A stretch of DNA of 64,000 nucleotides from Octopus sinensis (lineage: Eukaryota). The position numbers were made by a program, and so were the translations under genes. Location of the stretch: NCBI RefSeq assembly GCF_006345805.1, contig NC_043012.1, positions 42,160,001-42,224,000 of the forward strand, in the 5' to 3' direction. Below the pieces are notes generated by a model, which was given only the letters and a program-made list of their open reading frames with translations, searched no databases and was not told the origin of the DNA. Positions 12,275 to 25,765 of the stretch are shown here, piece by piece. Position 1 is the stretch's first letter. Every line of letters begins with the position of its first letter.

Positions 12275-13429
12275 ATATAATATGCGTGTATGTATATATA
12301 TATACATATGTATATATATATATATATATATACATATATAGATATATAAATATATATATATATAATGTATATATATATACATATACGTATATATATATAT
12401 ATATACATGCATATATTATTTTTTATTAATATTATATTATATTATATTATACCATATTATATTGCATGTTCATCTGCGAAAGGAAGTTTACAGAAAGAAT
12501 TTTGATCCAGGAAGAAGAATCGGTTTGAAAGGCCTATGTTGCTCTCGTTCCATCTACAACATGGTTGGCTACCAAAATGGAGGTGCCGGTTTTGTCTTTG
12601 GTTATCTAGCTGAATGATTGGGTCTGATATTTCATAAAGCTAGGTTACCAAAGGCAAAAATGGTGACCAAACACGACACACATAAAGTATGAAAATCACG
12701 ATGAAATATTAAACCAAACTTGAAACACGTTTTCGAAAATATTCTTCTGTCACCTTTCTTAATCTGATGTTGTTGCTAGTGTTTTGCTATTGCAGTTGTT
12801 ACCATTGGTGCTACCGAAATGAAATGCACCTTCCATCCCTCCGTGGTTGGTAAAATAAAGTACCAGTCAACCACCGGAATTGGTATAATCGACTGCTCTA
12901 CCCCACCATTCCAATGTTTCAGACTTTAAACCTGTTAGAAAGACTTATTGCCATTGGTGTTCCTGTTGTAATGACGATGATTAAGCTAATAGAAACTAGA
13001 TGGTCGGCAAAATTTTCGTTGCATCCTTTTACGATTTGTGTGTAAACCTTCCGGAAACAGTCACCATTGCCTTTTATCCTTTTTGATTCGATATAATATT
13101 TTTCTAGTGATTCAGTCACCCATAGCCCCTTAGGGTTTAATGTTTATATTACAACCCATGATTTAAGTAGCGGAGATGTAGAATCAGTAGACTGCTAGAA
13201 AATAGGTTGTTTGGTAATTAAATTTGTACGTTCTAGGTTTTGATGCTGCCGAATGGACTTACCTCTGATATTAATAATAAAACAAACACACACACGCACA
13301 AACATACAGGGACCTACAATAGATTTGATCTACTACAATATCACTCCTTACAAATTTAGTCTTTTTCACTAATACAAAAATTCCTGTTGTTTTAAATTTT
13401 TTGATATTATTTCGTTCGTTCGATAAACA

Positions 13430-13640
13430 CTAGTTTAGCCTGGTCTGTGTATAATTTGGGAAGCTGTGTATTCGATGTTGTGGTTGTAAGAAAAATGTTT
13501 CCTGAATCTATTACTACATGAATCTAGCGTATATGGTTTAAAATCTTTTAGTTCCATAAAGGTATTTTTAATGCTATTAATGTTACATCAAGGAAATTTT
13601 AGATTTATATGACTTGTTTGAAAAATTTATCTTTTTGTGC
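13430..13640 (-). pseudogene. Highly degraded Penelope-like RT thumb fragment
   Basis: The minus strand translates in part as NFLDVTL...KPY, resembling the FLDV-T-L / KP thumb motif of PLE RTs. It has many stops. Confidence 0.35.
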
Positions 13641-14340
13641 GACGTGTTTATTTTTTATTGTATTCTGCGTAGATCTGTGGTGTTTGGAAGGCAGACAGCA
13701 TTCATGTTGCTATCATCGTTATTATAATGTTCTCCTAAAATGTCACTTTCTTTTCTTTTTTCTTTTTTTTTTTGGCGGGGTTGGGTGTAAGTATTAGTAG
13801 ATGTTATCACTTGATTGCGTTGGGGTACTTTGAAAATTTTGTAAAACATATACCTTTCGTAAAACATATAAACAGATTCTTCGTACATGGTGGATAAAAT
13901 ATTTCTGTATCGAAGACATATTTTCGACCACGTTCTAGCCTTAACCATCCTGTTTTATTTTCTTACCCGTTATATTTAGAATTAATCATTGCTGTGTATT
14001 AGACCATTCCTAAGACGACAGTAGAATTTTGAGGAAGACTTAACAGCAGCTTTTTGCCGATCGAGCGACAGCTTAAAGGGATTGTCGTTGGCGCGTGATC
14101 TGTTTTACAAAATTTTAAAGGGATTTTGTGGAATACTTTTTGTATGGCTGCATTACAGAACTGAGAACTGACTGTATGGAATATGTTCGACGTGATTGAT
14201 TGCATAGAGTGTTTGTATGTATGTATGTATGTATGTATGTATGTATGTATGTATGTATGTATGTATGTATGTATGTATGTGTGTATGTATGTATGTATGT
14301 GTGTATGTATGTATCTATAGTTGAAATTTACAAAAAAAAA

Positions 14341-16918
14341 CAAAAGAAGGCAGGTGTATGAACAATAAGCAGGTTTTGGGGGAGAAGGTGGGTAGCAGTG
14401 AAGAGAGGAGAGGAGGGGAGTTGAGCCCATGTGGGGCAAGGAGCGAAGAGAGAAAATTAATTCTTGTTCACGGCGTAGGCGGGAGTCCAGATGGGCCCTA
14501 TGCAAAGACAATCCGAACACAGACAAGTGTTGTAGTCAATGACCGGTAGAGCGGAAATGGCGCGAGACCGGGGTGTCATTGCCGAGTCTCATGTCTCGGA
14601 GATCCTCCGCGAACCGGTCAGCCAAGCGGCGTCTCGATTGACCGATGTACAGAGAAAGGTAGAAAGAGCAGGAGATGCAGTAAATGACCTTGCTAGAAGT
14701 GCAGTTAAAGGAGTTGGTAATATGATAGGGACGATGATGAATGCCTGTGAGAATGGTGGTGTTGGAGAGGCAGGGGCAAGTACAACAGCGTGGGCGGGAG
14801 CAGGGGAACGAGCCAGGCTGGGAGGTGGGATTAGGGAAGAAGCTGTGGACCAGGAGGTTACGCAGGTTGTGGGCTAGTTTGAAGGAGGGAAGGGCTACGT
14901 TGGGGAATATATGTGAGGTGGAGGGGTCGGAGTAAAATCACCGGGAAGCTCGGATAATGGTGCGTTGAAAAGGTCGTAGGTGAGGAGAAACAGGAGACGG
15001 GCAACGGCGGGGTGAGTGCGGGGATAGAAAGCAGAGGAACGGTCCACGGAAGAGCTCTAGCGAGGGCTGTAGTTAGAAGTGAGGGGATATCCACGAAGGA
15101 TGAAGTGGTGAGCCATGAGTTGAGACTGACTCTCAAAGTCATGGTTGTCACTGCAGAGCCTGCGCAGACGGAGGAATTGGGAGTAGAGGATAGAAAGCAT
15201 GGTGTGGGTAGGGTGGGAGGAGGAGAAGTTAAGGTATTAGTGAGAGTCGGTGTGTTTGTAGTGGATGGAGGTAGTGAGAGCGGAGTTGTGTATATTGACC
15301 GAAATGTCGTAAAATGCGACGGAAGTGTTGAAAATAGTGTAGGCCTTTCTCATTCGAGAAAATAGCGCAGGCCTTTCTCATTCGAGGGCAGGATGGAAGG
15401 ATTAGACAAAAAAGAGGAAGGAGTCTTGTTGTTCGCGGGAGAGTGAGGTTAGAGCGATACAGTCATCAATATAACGACCATATAGTTCGAGAGTGGGACC
15501 AGTGAATCGTGAGAATACTTGGGCCTCAACGTAGCCAACGAACAGGTTCGCATAGTTGGGACCCATTCTCGTTCCCATGGCCACTCCAGAGACATGTTGG
15601 TAAAAATCCCTCGCAAACGAGAAGCAGTTGAGGGAGAGAACAAGTTCGGCCAGACGAAAAATTATGGAGGTGTCAGGCTTGGGGTTGGATCGAAGGTCTA
15701 AGAAGTATTTGAGTGCAAGAAGTCCTCCGTTGTGTGGGATCACCAGGTATAGATTCTTGATATCAAAAGTGAAGAGAAGTTTAGAGGGGCCAGGAGAAAA
15801 GGAGAAAGAGTTGAAGAGACGGAGAACATGGTTAGTGTCGTGGATGTGGGAGGGAATGGAAACCACTAGGGGGCAAGGAGACGGTCAAGGTGTTTTGAGA
15901 TCAATTCCGTGGGGCAGTTACCGGCGGAGACAATGGGGCAGCCAGGGTTGTTGGGCTTGTGGATTTGGGGAAGGAATAAATGGTGAGGGTGCGTGGAGTG
16001 CAGAAAATGGGGTTAGAGGCAGTGGGAGGGAGACGGGGGAGGAGATAAGGACATGGATAGTGAAGGACACAGTCTGTTTGTAGTTAGGCGTGGGGTTGGA
16101 GGGCAGAAGACAATAGAAGGAGGTGTCTTGAAGTTGACGGGGTGCTTGAGCCTTGTACAGGTCTGCGTGCCACACCACCATGACTCCACCCTTGTCAGCC
16201 GGTTTTATGATGATGTCTTTGCGGCGTCGGAGACATCGAAGGGTCGGGAGTTCGACGGGGAGATGTTAAGATGTTGGGGACGCCTGCGAAAGTTGAACCG
16301 GTCCACAACACTTTGGTAGATGCTATCAAAATGATCGACTGCTTGGAACGGTCAGGAGCTGGTGTCCAGTGGGATGGTCGGCGGACCAGGTCAGTGAAGC
16401 AGTCCTCTTCATTAGATGCAGGTGAAGTGCTGTGGAATAGTGCATGTAGCCTGATGCGGCACACAAGCCATAACTATCAGCAGGGGCCTGAAATTCGTTA
16501 CTGGATGGAGTGGAGGTGGGATGAAGCGCAGGCCTTTATTGAGAAGAGATCGCTCCGCCTCAGAGAGGGAACAATCAGTAGGGATGGTAACAACAGACTG
16601 AAGTGGGAAGGGGTGGATGAGTTATGTGTGTGAGGGGTGGTGGGAGTAGTGGAAGGCTGGGAGGTGAGAGAGAGTGCATGGGGAGGCTGGAGTAGCGGAA
16701 GGGTTGAATGAGGATGAGGGGGAAGTGTATCGGGGAGGCGTGGGGGTAGCTGCATCGGATGTGACAGAACGAAGGAGTGAGTGGAGTCTGTTGTTTAATG
16801 CGAGCGAGGAACTCATGGAAAAGATGATTTTAATGGATTATGAAGCGTAGAGTGGAATGTGCAAAGGAAGGTGAAAGAGAAGAGGAAAACGATGGAATAA
16901 GCGAGAGTAAGAGGGCGC

Positions 16919-16920
<2 letters not shown>
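14341..16920 (-). mobile_element. Penelope-like element (RT + C-terminal GIY-YIG), frameshifted and decayed
   Basis: Minus-strand fragments: LLNKGLRFIP (~16520-16550), KPADKGGVMVVW (~16170-16205), FDIKNLY, GVAMGTRMGPNYANLF and RYIDD (ORF 15402..15866), a Cys linker CSRPRCCTC, and VIYCISC..LYIGQSRRRLADRF (GIY-YIG, ~14600-14700). It is flanked by microsatellites. Confidence 0.9.
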
Positions 16921-16996
<76 letters not shown>

Positions 16997-17899
16997 GAGA
17001 GAAAGAGAGAGTGATGCGTAACTGGCCAACTCCCAGTTTTCCTCAAAAATTTTATCTAGAGTTGATGCACATGTATAGATGCTTGGTCACCACTGACCGA
17101 CAAAGGCCCTAGACAATAAAAATGTAATTCCTTGACCTTTTGCCTGTCGAATGTATTTTTATAAGTTTGTCTAAAATGCCTTGGATTGATTTCAGACTTT
17201 TAGGTAGATAACCCTTGCTTCATACGTTCTGTAATATAAGACCTAAGTTATTCTAGCGGTTGAAAAAAAATACGGAATGTGTTTCGTATATGATGCATGG
17301 ATGCCAGGGAAATGTCCAGTATATCATACATGATACACAGGGTAACCAAAGGATTAATCTTCCAGGATTATTTCTTTAAATATCTATTTCACTCAAATCC
17401 TAGTTTAATCGTTTATAAATCCATGGGCGTCACCGGTGTCAGCAGAAAATTAAGGTAAGTTCCTGAAATCCACAAATAATTCATTTCACTTTTATTGTAG
17501 AAAAAAAATTGGCAAAACTGAATAAATAATATTGATTAGAAAATATTCGAAATAAATTTACTTTGGTCTTTATCGTTAATTCTTTTTCTTTGAATAAAAA
17601 AAAATAAGAAAGGAATATTGGTCTGATGCAATGCTTGGTTCTTGATTCATGATACATAACTTCAAACTTGGCTGCAAATGTGGCGATGGGTCCATGAATT
17701 AAAAGCTTCCAACTCTGTTTAACCAGAAAAATAAAACCAAATTCTTATGTAAAGAAAGAAAGATGGAGTGGTACAGGTGGCCAATGGATTTGATTGGGGA
17801 AAACCATTTAAAGTTTCGTAGGGGCTGGATTCAGTTACAGATATCGTTGTATGTATATATCTCCCAAACATTTAACCTATATATATAAAATTTTGCATA

Positions 17900-18200
17900 T
17901 CTCTTATTATAAAAGGCAGATTTTATCTGCCTCCCTTTGGGAGTTATAGAAATCTACAATATAGGATTTCTTCAATTACAATTTACCTACCATTTTTAAG
18001 AGTAGAATGCATCGCGTCATGCCAGGTCCAGTTTTTAAAATTGAAACTCCAATTAAGCAAAATTTACAGAAAACTCACATTCTGGTGTGTGTGTCAAATG
18101 CTTTTCTTAGTCTGGTTTACACCACACGCAAACGCACACACACAGTGTGCAACGAATAAAATGAAAGTAAATAGCGACAGAGTGATTTGAGGAAGACTAA
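17900..18200 (+). mobile_element. Probable non-autonomous Helitron 5' end
   Basis: A|TCTCTTATTATAAAAGGCAGATTTTATCTG resembles the 5' end of the large Helitron (A|TCTCTCTATATATAAACGGCAGTTTGTCTG). No 3' end of its own was identified, so the end coordinate is approximate. Confidence 0.5.
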
Positions 18201-19061
18201 ACTGAAAGTATTTAAACCACTACTCAAAAAATAAAAAAACACAGCAAACAGAAACAAATAAATACATAACCATTTACTCCTCACACAATTTCTTCAATTA
18301 GAATTTACCTAAGATTTTTCAGAGTACTTCAGTGGGTGATGCCATAAAAAATTTCTTTCAATTTTACCATCAATTAAGACAAAATTCGAGAAAACTCAAT
18401 ATTTTAATATATCACTCCGAAAGCATTGATGTACATGTGTGCGTGCGTAAGTGTGTGTGTGTCATTCCTCACACACACGCATACACATACATATACAACT
18501 ACATACAACTACATACACATACAACTACATACAAACACGTGTGTTTGTTATTAGTAAAAAAGGCGCCAAAACTCACCTCACTTATCATTCCAACACATTT
18601 GCAAAGACACACGGACGGACAGAAAAGGTAAATTGGTTTTTATTTTACTCTGTATATATTTTATTATATAATATTATATATAGATATATGTATATATAAT
18701 TGCAGTATGAAACAGTGTTTATGTATAAACAGACGACACTTATATACCAAGCCGCCCGAATTTACCTATTCATATTTAAATGAGAATTTCAGAGCAAATC
18801 TCTTTAGTACATTCGTGAAAACACGTATTATACTTCGCAAACACTTCAACTACAGTTTTGTACAAAAATCGAAGTGTAATTTTAATTCCGTGAATTATGG
18901 GAGATTTTTTTCCGAAATTTGTTCCTATTGTGTTTTCAAAATTTGTAATTCTGACAAAAAATGGATACGAATTTCATTATATCAAGCAGCGAGTCAGAAT
19001 TCGAAGGATTTTCTACTGAAGACCTTCATAAATCTAACTCTATGACTGAAAAAAAAAAGCA

Positions 19062-19457
19062 TCTTTATATAAGAGTGAAGTTGTGTGTCTGTCTCCTACG
19101 ATTTAGATTCCTAACTACTCCCACATTTTGCGGTGCAGTTTAACCAAAAGCGGGTATCTTATAGTCGTGATTCATATCGAGCCCTTCTGGGTATTAGCGT
19201 GCGTCTACGATGAGTCTACGATTTTTAAAAAATTTACCATCATATTTTTCCATTTTAATGCATTTTTTTTCGCTTTTATATAAGGGAAGTAACTCTCTAA
19301 AAATATCTACGATGTGTCAACGATTTAAAAAAAATTTACCTTAATTTTTTTTCAATTTTTAATGCATTTTTTTGCTATTTTTTGGCTATAACTCTCTAAA
19401 AATGCTTATATAGTTATTTCCCTTACAAACCCGAGCAACGCCGGGCGATACTGCTAG
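19062..19457 (+). mobile_element. Non-autonomous Helitron (396 bp)
   Basis: A|TCTTTATATAAGAG ... hairpin CCCGAGCAACGCCGGG ... CTAG|T, inserted between A and T. Confidence 0.85.
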
Positions 19458-19634
19458 TTTTATATAAATTAAATAAAAGATTAAAGCAAAAGGAACAACG
19501 TAATGAACTTCGTAGGCTTACAGCTGTTTCTGCTGTGAGATAGATGGACGCTTGTGTATCACTATAACTTCATTGGACTTTCAAAAATGAACTGCAATTT
19601 TATTTGGGAAAGCATTTACATTTATATATATATA

Positions 19635-22600
19635 CTAGCAGCATAGCCCGGCGTTCCCCGGGTATATAAGAGCCCCTAGTAGGCAACGACTAATCCCAAT
19701 GTAGTCCTTTCCCTCCAGGGAACGAAGGTGCATGTGGACGTTGCAATGTCTTGTCTTCACTGGAATACTTCTGTATATACGATGTTCCTAGCTGTCCGTT
19801 TGGGCGAAAACATGAAAACATCATTGCGCCTCCCAACGCGTGAACAGCCCACGTAGAGTTGACCGTGGGCGAAGCACTGTTCGCCCAAATGTAACCCAGC
19901 GACTTGTAGCGTTTGGCCTTGGGATTTATTGATCGACTTGCGAAGCAGAGTTTAACAGGAAACTGAGAACGCCTGAAGTGGATTGGTAGGTCAGCGCCCG
20001 ACGGTTGAAGGTGCATCCGTGGAATGAAGACGTCCTCTCCCTTCCCACAACCGGTAAGTATTGTGGCCGTTATTAAATGTGGTGCCAAATGTTTCACAAC
20101 CAAACGTGTGCCGTTGCACTGTTTAGGTGGAACCAAATTCCTGATGAGCATAATGGGCGCACCGACTTTTAACTTCAGGATGTGTGGTGGCAGGCCTGGC
20201 GGTTCAAGTGAATTCAGGAATTCAACAGGATAATCGGCAAGCTGGGCGGGGTCTGCTGTCCTATCTATAGATTTGTAGACGTGGACATCACCAGGAATAG
20301 CTTCAAGTAGCTGGATATTGATGGAGTTGACGGTTGTATTTTTGGGTGCGAGAATAGCTCTGCCTGCCAGCCATTTTAGGTCGCGTAAATTGTTTTGTAG
20401 GTCGTGGAAGACAGCGTCCCGGAGGCTAGCAGGGGTGTCGACAATGGTGCAAAGTGAGTCCAATTGAACGTAGCCATCCGCATCACAGACAGCATCCTAT
20501 TTTCACCGAGCGATAAGAGGTCCCTGGAGAATGCAGCGGATCCGCTGTCACCAATTAACTGCGCGCGCATGTTAGTTTGGAGGTGCAAGGGCCGCACATG
20601 TGCCCAAAGAGCTGACGACTTAAGGCACGCGCGCACGGCATCGGCACGGGTTCCTTTTGGAATAACAGGTAGAGTCTGCCTGAAGTCTCCTGAAAGAAGT
20701 AAAGTTAATCCTCCCATGGGGGCCGTAGAGTCTCTGATGTCTTGCAGGGACCTGTCCAGTGCCTCAAGGGCGCCTTTGTGTGCCATAGTGCACTCGTCCC
20801 ATACGATGAGTTTGCATCTGCGAAGAATGTCGGCCTGTTCTGAGTTCTTGGCGATGTTGCAGATAGGTGACTCGGACTTTGCCAGATCGAGCGGGAGTCT
20901 GAAGGCAGAGTGGGCGGTTCTGCCACCCGGAAGCAACGTGGCCGCGATACCAGAGGAAGCTACAGCCAGGGCAATGTCCGTGTTGCGTCTGACCTCTGCC
21001 AGAATTAGTTTAGTGACGAAGGTTTTGCCAGTGCCGCCGGGTGCATCAAGGAAGAAAATCCCCCCACGTTGCTGTCTGACAGAGTCTACGATGGTGTTGT
21101 AGGCTATGCGCTGGTCTGGAAGCAGCCGTGGTTCATTATCTTGGACGTACTGGTGCAGTTCCTCAATGCAGTAGGAAGTTTCGCGTAACAATTCAGCAGA
21201 CATAACATTGGCGCGTTCACGTGTGGGTGGTGGAAGGCCGTACTCTGTTAAAGCAGACCCACCCATATCGATGACAGCGTCTTCGAGTTGAATGAGCGCA
21301 AAATTGTAAATGAAGTTGGTGAACGTGATCTCGGCGGAAGGGCAGTGTTGCTGAGCCGTACGTAAGAAGTCGTGCGACATGTCATCCCTGTATTTCATCC
21401 AGAGACTTAGTGGATGACTAAGCTGACATTTTTGAAGAAGGATTGCGAAAAGATGTCGTAGGGCCGAATGCGTTTGCAGTAAAGCACCCTCTGCCATCGT
21501 GGCGTCCCACTGGGAGTCATCCTCTAGAAGGCCAAGTCTCATACATGCTTCCCTGAAGGTGTCGCACAGAACCCCATTGACGGTACGTATATTGGCGAAA
21601 CCTGTTGGACCAGTGACCTCATGTAGAAGGAGACGGAGGTAGAAGCATTCTTGCTGGTTTGGCGGGATGTTGTAAACTCGACCCAGGCAGGAGTCAAACT
21701 TGACGCCTGGGAAGCTTTCGACGTTTTTGCCGGATTTCCGTCGAATCCAGGTGTTTTTAGACCACACGAAGTACGATGGGACCTGTGGGTACAAAAGCGT
21801 TCGAGCGAAGTCATCACGTTGGCATAATTTGAAGAAACCAGTCAACGTTGTGTCTTTAGGGCTGGTGGCTATCTGCACAGCACTTTGCTCTGTGAAGTAA
21901 ATCCCCTGTCCATTTTCCAAGTGTACAGCAAGCTGCACCACAGCCGGGTGTCTCTGATGGAGCGGGAAGCCGTAAATGCGCCAAAACGCTTCGTTGCTGC
22001 TGAGGTACCGGCCAGCCAAGTAGTTGGACACTTCGTCGCGACTGGTGGTCCTCTGGATGCTGAACATGGTAGCATCGCTGCCTTTGTTGATATATTTGCA
22101 GACATATTGTATTGACCTGATGGAGCTGCAGAACTCAACGTTGACGTGGGCTTTGAATATCTTCGACAGGAGAGGACAGTAGGGGACAATGTAGCTGTTG
22201 TCCACTTGATGTCGCCCAACCGTAATCGTGCGGCCTCCATTGGCTGGACTCCTTCGTTTGTACAGCGGATACCCATCGCCGCCTGTTTTAGTCTCCAAAG
22301 TGAACCGTTTAGGGAATCCCTTTGAGCAGGCTAATCCGTTTTTGTAGCATGGTGTGTTGGCGTAATTTGGTCCACAGGGCCCGTGTACCATGGTAGTGCG
22401 GACAATTTCGTAGAGTCCGGGGTCCTCATCGGGGTCAGGAATCTCGGCGGAAATGAATTTGTCAATGTCATTAGTCTCGATTTTATGAGTGAGCCAAAAT
22501 TAAGATGTGAGCATGTGGCAAGCCCCTCTTTTGCCACTCGACCGAAAACATGTGGCACCTGACATGCCCGAAAATCTGACCCTTAACTATCAAATCCTTC

Positions 22601-25600
22601 ATTTTGCCCAAATTCAGACGGAAAACCCTAGCAACGATGTCGTGTCGATGGGTGTGTGATTGACCCGGGAGGATTTCGCGAGTGATTTCGTGGCAGCTGG
22701 GATTGCACGTGTAGGTGCGCACGTAAATGCGCACGTAGGTCAAGGCGTCTTGGGTCCTTTCACGCATATATCGCGGTCCTCCCGTGAAGGTGGAGGGTAG
22801 AATGCATGGCTTGCCGATGTTGCGAGGGTCATTTTCTTGTTGCAAACCGTCACGGAGATGAAAGTAGGAGTCGGAGCGAAGTTTGGTCTGATTAAGTTTA
22901 ATGTATAGCAGCCTTTCCGATTCCATTTTTGCGGCCATGTCGACGGCGAACTGGTTGAATAGCTGACGACAACGGGGCAATAAGTTGAACTCACCCTCCC
23001 TGACCATGAACCGGTATGAGTAGAACGCCCTGCAGGAAACCGTCTTTGATGCCGCAGTAGTTTGATTGGAGGGCTGCCGTAAAGGAATTCCGAAGTGGTA
23101 GCCGTCTTCCCCATAAGGGAAAAGCAATGGATACTGAAGCGCGTCATAAGATCTGTGAGTCTCGCTGATCCTGTGTAGGTTGTTACCACGGGAGGAGATG
23201 ATTATGTCACGGCTGTTGTGTTGCTCTCCGTGTATAACTGCGGCAATTTCGTTGCACGCAGGTGCGTTGAAACGGCGTTCGTGCTCCCCGTGGGGTCGTT
23301 TATCAGCATCAATGACAACGGTGAAGTTTGGAGAAGGAGCACTGTCCAAGGCATATCTGAAGCTGCAGACGTAGCTGTTGATATCATGAAGCATGGTTTG
23401 GAGACGGAGAAGAATGTCTTTGCGGGGAACATAGCTTGTACCCGGTATTATTCCAAGGCGTGCATCAACCTGGTGGTTGTAGTCGGCAATGAAGTATATT
23501 TGGAGGAAAGAAGACTGCTGAATCTCGTCTGGCAGAAGTGACCCAATAAGATGGTAGACCTGTCCCTGCACTTTGAAAGTAGGCATCCAGCCTTCTCTGG
23601 GAGGAATTTTGGCCCCGAAAGAGGTCATTTGGAATGAGCAGTTGTACTTTCGAATTATTTCAAGGAATTGTGACGAATCGGGGGTTAAACCCGCCGCGAG
23701 ATCCTTCAGTGGTTGAGGTGGTTCCCGTAGGGGTGGCAGGTCCACTTTGCCACCAGAGCAGCACAAACCAGGTGGCTCTCCGGGCCATTTCTTGGCTTTG
23801 CAAAACTGGCATACAATTGTCATTGACCCTATCTTGATGTCGTCACGCAAGGAGAAGTTAATTGTGGCGTCGTAGTTGAATGCTAGTGACAACCAGAAAG
23901 CGGGGGCAGGGGTACGTACACCACGAATGATATCCCGACGTTTGTTGATACTCTCAAGTCGAGTGCACCGTGCCTCAGCAGATTCAGATGCACGTGCGAC
24001 AGCGGTAGCAGTGGCATCCCTTGAAAGCCTTTCAGCTCTCGCCTCAGCACCCTCTGAAGCCCTAGCAGAAGCAGTGTTAATGGCATGTCTGGATGTCCGA
24101 ATAGTCCGTTGGTGTGGAGTTTCGGCAGATCGAGCCCTGGCTGTGTTTGCGGCGTTAGCAGCTTGGCGAGCTCTCCTCTGTTGAGGTGTTTTGGCAGCTT
24201 TGGCCATGGCTTTGTTTGCGGCGTCAGCATCTTGGCGAGTTCTCCTCTGCTGTGAGGTTTCGACAGATCGTGTCCTGGCAGTGCTAGTGGCGTTAGCCGC
24301 ATTCCGAATGGCCCTTTGTTCGGGGTTCTCGCGAGCTCTGCGGATGGAAGCACAGTAAGAAGCCCGCATGTTTTGGCTGGACTGTTGCTCTTTCGTCAAC
24401 CTCGAGCGGAGGGAAGATCTGTACGCTGCGACCCTTGCAAGTCGGGTAGAACGGTCGCTAGTAGTTTCAGATGCCTGAGCAGCGGCATAACGGGAAGCTG
24501 TTTGCGAGAGGCGCAAGGCGGTTTCCTCGTGGGTCTCGCGTGCCCTTCTAGCCCTAGCAGCCGATGCCTTGGCCGTCCGAGGGTTGAGGAGGGTCCTTCT
24601 CTTCTTGGGTGGCATTTTGGTGGATAGCAATGTGTTTGGCAAAGGTGTAATAAAAAGGAACACGTGGGGTAAGTATTTTGGTGGATAGCAATGTGTTTGG
24701 TAAAGGTGTAATAAAAAGGAGCTCGTGGGGTAAGTATCCGAAAATGTATAAAAATGTACAAAAACGGCCAAAAAGCTGGCAGCAATGTGAGTGACAACAA
24801 CGAAAAAGTCAAAAGTGATCAAACTGAACAAACGAAAGGAAAAGTTTTTTGATGCACACGACAAAAGTGGTTTATAATAAACCAAGAGTTTGCAAGTAGC
24901 GTCCGAGGACCGTTAGGGTACGTCAAAAATTGAAGGTAAAACGTTTGGGGAGGTAGTTATAAAGAAAGTTTAAACCCAAAAAGTATTCGAATAACTTGCG
25001 GCTGCAGCAGCTATTAGCAGAAGTGGCGGTGTTGGGGGTAAAGTCTCGAATGTAATTTCTTCCTGGTAGGAATTGGTTGGATCGAATTATCGATAGCTAA
25101 AAAGGTCAAGTTGCGTCCCCTAGACAGTCTGGTTTGTGTTTAATACACAAATTTGTTTGCTATGTGTGCCACATATGATTAAATGAACCGATCTTTTCCA
25201 ATAATGTATCCTATTGGAATAAAAAGGGCTATATAGCTCCTTGGAGCAGACATGATGCTCGTTGTGAAAAAAAAAAGATTCCTGCCAATTTGTGAAAGAT
25301 ATTGTCGAAAATATGTCATCTTGAATTTGAACGCGATTTCCCAAAATGGCATGATTTTATCGATTGTTTCTGATGGTAAGGTATTGCATGGAAAACTAAC
25401 GTCAGAATTGAGTTTCTTAGGGTAACATTAAGCTTCACCATGAGTTTGGTGAAAATCGATTGCAAGTTGTGAAAACTACCATAGATAATGCGTTGCATAA
25501 AAAAGCTTAGATTCTCGAGTTGCGTCCCCTAGACAGTCTGTGGTTCATGTTTATGATTCTCGACCCCATGTCGAATTTATCAATTTTTTTCAGAACTGGG

Positions 25601-25765
25601 GGAACTTTTCAAAATTTTCGCTTCGTTAGTTTTGAATTATGACATTGGGCTATGTGTGTGTCAAGTTTCATCAGAATCGGTTGAAAGCCGTGGTCAGGGT
25701 GAGGGTACGAGAAAACAGACACACAGAAGCACGCACAGACAAACTGCCGTTTATATATAGAGAGA
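19635..25765 (-). mobile_element. Helitron, near full length (6131 bp)
   Basis: The minus strand begins A|TCTCTCTATATATAAACGG and ends with the hairpin CCCGG-GGAACG-CCGGG then CTAG|T. It lies in (TA)n and encodes Rep/helicase fragments. Confidence 0.95.
19757..24615 (-). pseudogene. Helitron Rep/PIF1-helicase, frameshifted (ORFs 22483..24885, 20376..22391, 19690..20463)
   Basis: Likely start MPPKKRR at 24615. Rep motifs TCNP, VEWQKRGLPHAHIL (HUH) and YVCKYINK. Helicase motifs DAPGGTGKT, VWDECTM, SGDFRQTLPV, LAPKN and QFPVKLCFA, with GQLYVGCSRV in a shifted frame ending in TGA at 19759-19757. Frameshifts near 22480, 20460 and 19930. Confidence 0.93.

Noticed and set aside
18700-19060. SSSESEFEGFSTEDL peptide resembling acidic ends of pogo/piggyBac transposases
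   Set aside because: It is too short and low-complexity, and no matching TIR pair was found.
19505-19590. GAAACAGCTGTA hammerhead half on the minus strand between two Helitrons
   Set aside because: There is no intact CTGANGA or helix II partner. At most it is a decayed fragment.
20464-21102. 212-aa plus-strand ORF and other antisense ORFs over the Helitron, PLE and L1
   Set aside because: They are shadow ORFs on the opposite strand of GC-richer transposon coding sequence, with no recognisable domain.
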